Shown in pieces: positions 63,301 to 64,000 of a stretch of DNA of 64,000 bases. Within the stretch, counting starts at the first letter, position 1, and every line of letters begins with the position of its first letter. The position numbers were made by a program, and so were the translations under genes. Origin of the DNA: Novakomyces olei (taxonomy: Eukaryota); contig JADEYG010000007.1 in NCBI GenBank assembly GCA_016906335.1, forward strand, positions 1,860,001 through 1,924,000, written 5' to 3'. The notes beneath the pieces are model-generated. The model ran no database searches, was not told where the DNA came from, and saw nothing but the letters and a program-made list of their open reading frames with translations.

Positions 63301-64000
63301 GTCTCTTTGACGCGGGAGGCAGATGTCTTTCAGACTTATTCCAAGAGACTAGAGGCGCCTGTGCAAGAGGGCCTACGTTCCACTTTGGTTACCAGTATTT
63401 TGTTTGCCTGCTGCCAGGCTATCACTTTCCTTATTTCTGCCCTCGGGTTCTGGTACGGGTGTACTTTACTGAAGACACGGGAGTACGGGCTGATTCAGTT
63501 CTTTGTGTGCTTTGTAGCCGTTACATTTGGAGCTCAGGGAGCTGGTCAATTTTTCTCCTTTGCCCCCGACATGTCAAAGGCAAGAAGCTCCGCCAAAACT
63601 GTGCTTGCCCTTATGGAAAACCCTGTGCAAATTGATACCTGGAGCGATAAAGGTGAGCATTTTGCGAGTAATGAAAAGGATGGCACAAATGCTTCTCAGT
63701 ATGGGCAAGTCGAGTTTCGTAACGTTCATTTCCGCTACCCTCAGCGGCTTCATGTCCCCGTTCTGCGTGGCCTCAATCTTACTGTTCGACAGGGCCAGTA
63801 CGCGGCTCTAGTAGGAGCGTCAGGCTGTGGCAAAAGCACAACGATTGGCCTTGTCGAGCGGTTCTACGATCCTCAGCAGGGCGAAGTGTACATCGATGGC
63901 CAGAACGTGGCTGATTTGAATGTGAATGAGCTGCGATCACAGATATCTCTTGTCTCCCAGGAGCCAACACTCTACCAGGGCACTATTAAATTCAACATCT
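60394..64000 (+). CDS. MDR/P-glycoprotein (ABCB) transporter, Pmd1-like; 3' end outside window
   Basis: Continuous frame from ATG 60394; GAGEITTRI, LVGASGSGKST, LSGGQKQRIAIARA, LLLDEATSALD, IAHRLSTIK, second NBD LVGASGCGKST. Confidence 0.95.
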   Translation, partial: MAAAEDDIVSVHPTRDQQSPSSNETEGDSLVEKKDDTVLQRDASIESGITDKKAHSPDEADPLARYTPHQRELILKQTDLGRRDKGKVSFREMTRFRTPLDTFLEIAGLITAIAAGVALPIMTIVFGSLTQTFANFFNPASTMTPGEFQHQVNHFTLYFVYIAVAVFGTTYIYTVSFIVSGERLTKAVRENYVCAIMRQNIGYFDKLGAGEITTRITSDTDLILDGISEKVGLSVMAISTFISAFVVAMVRSWKLTLIVITMVPALVGGMGFCGRKIAYYTNLSLVNFSHGNTLAEEVIGTIRNAKAFGTQEKLADLFDGYLALALKDGHKRALFTGIMMGTIFFVIYSGYALAFWEGSRLLVWNELTVGAVVTVFFSVLIGSFSLGHLAPNLEAFHSASAAAQKIFETIDRDTPIDATSDEGEVITDDFKGRIDLRDIMFVYPSRPEVVVSEHLNLTIPVGKVTALVGASGSGKSTIIGMIERFYDPIEGEILVDGRPLPDLNLKWWRRQISLVSQEPILFATSVFDNVAHGLIGTELEHASEKERKAAVEEACQMANAHDFITQLPEGYDTVLGELGMLLSGGQKQRIAIARAVVKNPKVLLLDEATSALDTKSEGIVQDALDRASQSRTTVVIAHRLSTIKNADNIIVMSAGKIIEQGKHFDLIDRKGAYYSLVQAQEIAQQSQQQQHEAQLANVAASPHSNDTKDAGVAAQRVRTDRSVRTIESVYENAREDSNAIGGVKPREYSTAYLIYTIFRLNKPEWPWMVLGLIGSVLAGAVYCAQALVFAHLIQAFSVYVPDVPESIHHVRHNANVFSLVFFMVAIVEFFGYFIMSFFFGLCSEILVRRVRLNLFRTILRQDVSFFDREENKTGALTSLLATEASDMQGLGGTTLGTIISTLVNLISGAVLSIAFAWKLGLVCLATTPIMVVAGYLRFAMINKFRARSKSAYQRSAEYACEAAASIRTVVSLTREADVFQTYSKRLEAPVQEGLRSTLVTSILFACCQAITFLISALGFWYGCTLLKTREYGLIQFFVCFVAVTFGAQGAGQFFSFAPDMSKARSSAKTVLALMENPVQIDTWSDKGEHFASNEKDGTNASQYGQVEFRNVHFRYPQRLHVPVLRGLNLTVRQGQYAALVGASGCGKSTTIGLVERFYDPQQGEVYIDGQNVADLNVNELRSQISLVSQEPTLYQGTIKFNI

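Overview
Gene-dense, intron-rich fungal (ascomycete) chromosomal DNA; not prokaryotic. Short GT-AG introns (many 36-50 nt) with CTRAY branch points and Homol E/Homol D-like promoter boxes suggest a Taphrinomycotina (fission-yeast-related) lineage, which is an inference. I reconstructed 24 protein-coding genes by hand-splicing: a partial unknown ORF, mitochondrial LysRS, a PSI-domain membrane protein, Ssp1/CaMKK kinase, D-carbamoylase, Sec6, Fyv6/NIP30, Sac1, Arg5,6, Leo1, eIF6, uL15, an ammonium transporter, Irc21-like cytochrome b5, fibrillarin, uL22, Coy1/CASP, CCDC174-like, a Git1/Tgp1 transporter, aldo-keto reductase, BAR-SH3, Aos1, AP-2 mu, plus a PDR ABC transporter, Es2/Bis1 and a partial MDR ABC transporter (26 CDS in total). 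There is also one intron-containing tRNA-Glu(CTC) and several AT-rich tandem repeats. No transposon, CRISPR or secondary-metabolite cluster is evident, and most of the window is housekeeping. The best leads are non-coding: (1) a box C motif in the fibrillarin intron whose partner D box is the likely branch point (possible autoregulation); (2) mirror-image 11-mer arrays in a bidirectional promoter; (3) a tight CACGTG/CACGTT cluster before the glycerophosphodiester transporter; (4) recurrent Homol E+D-like modules; (5) an intronless D-carbamoylase. All are hypotheses from visual inspection; no database searches were run.
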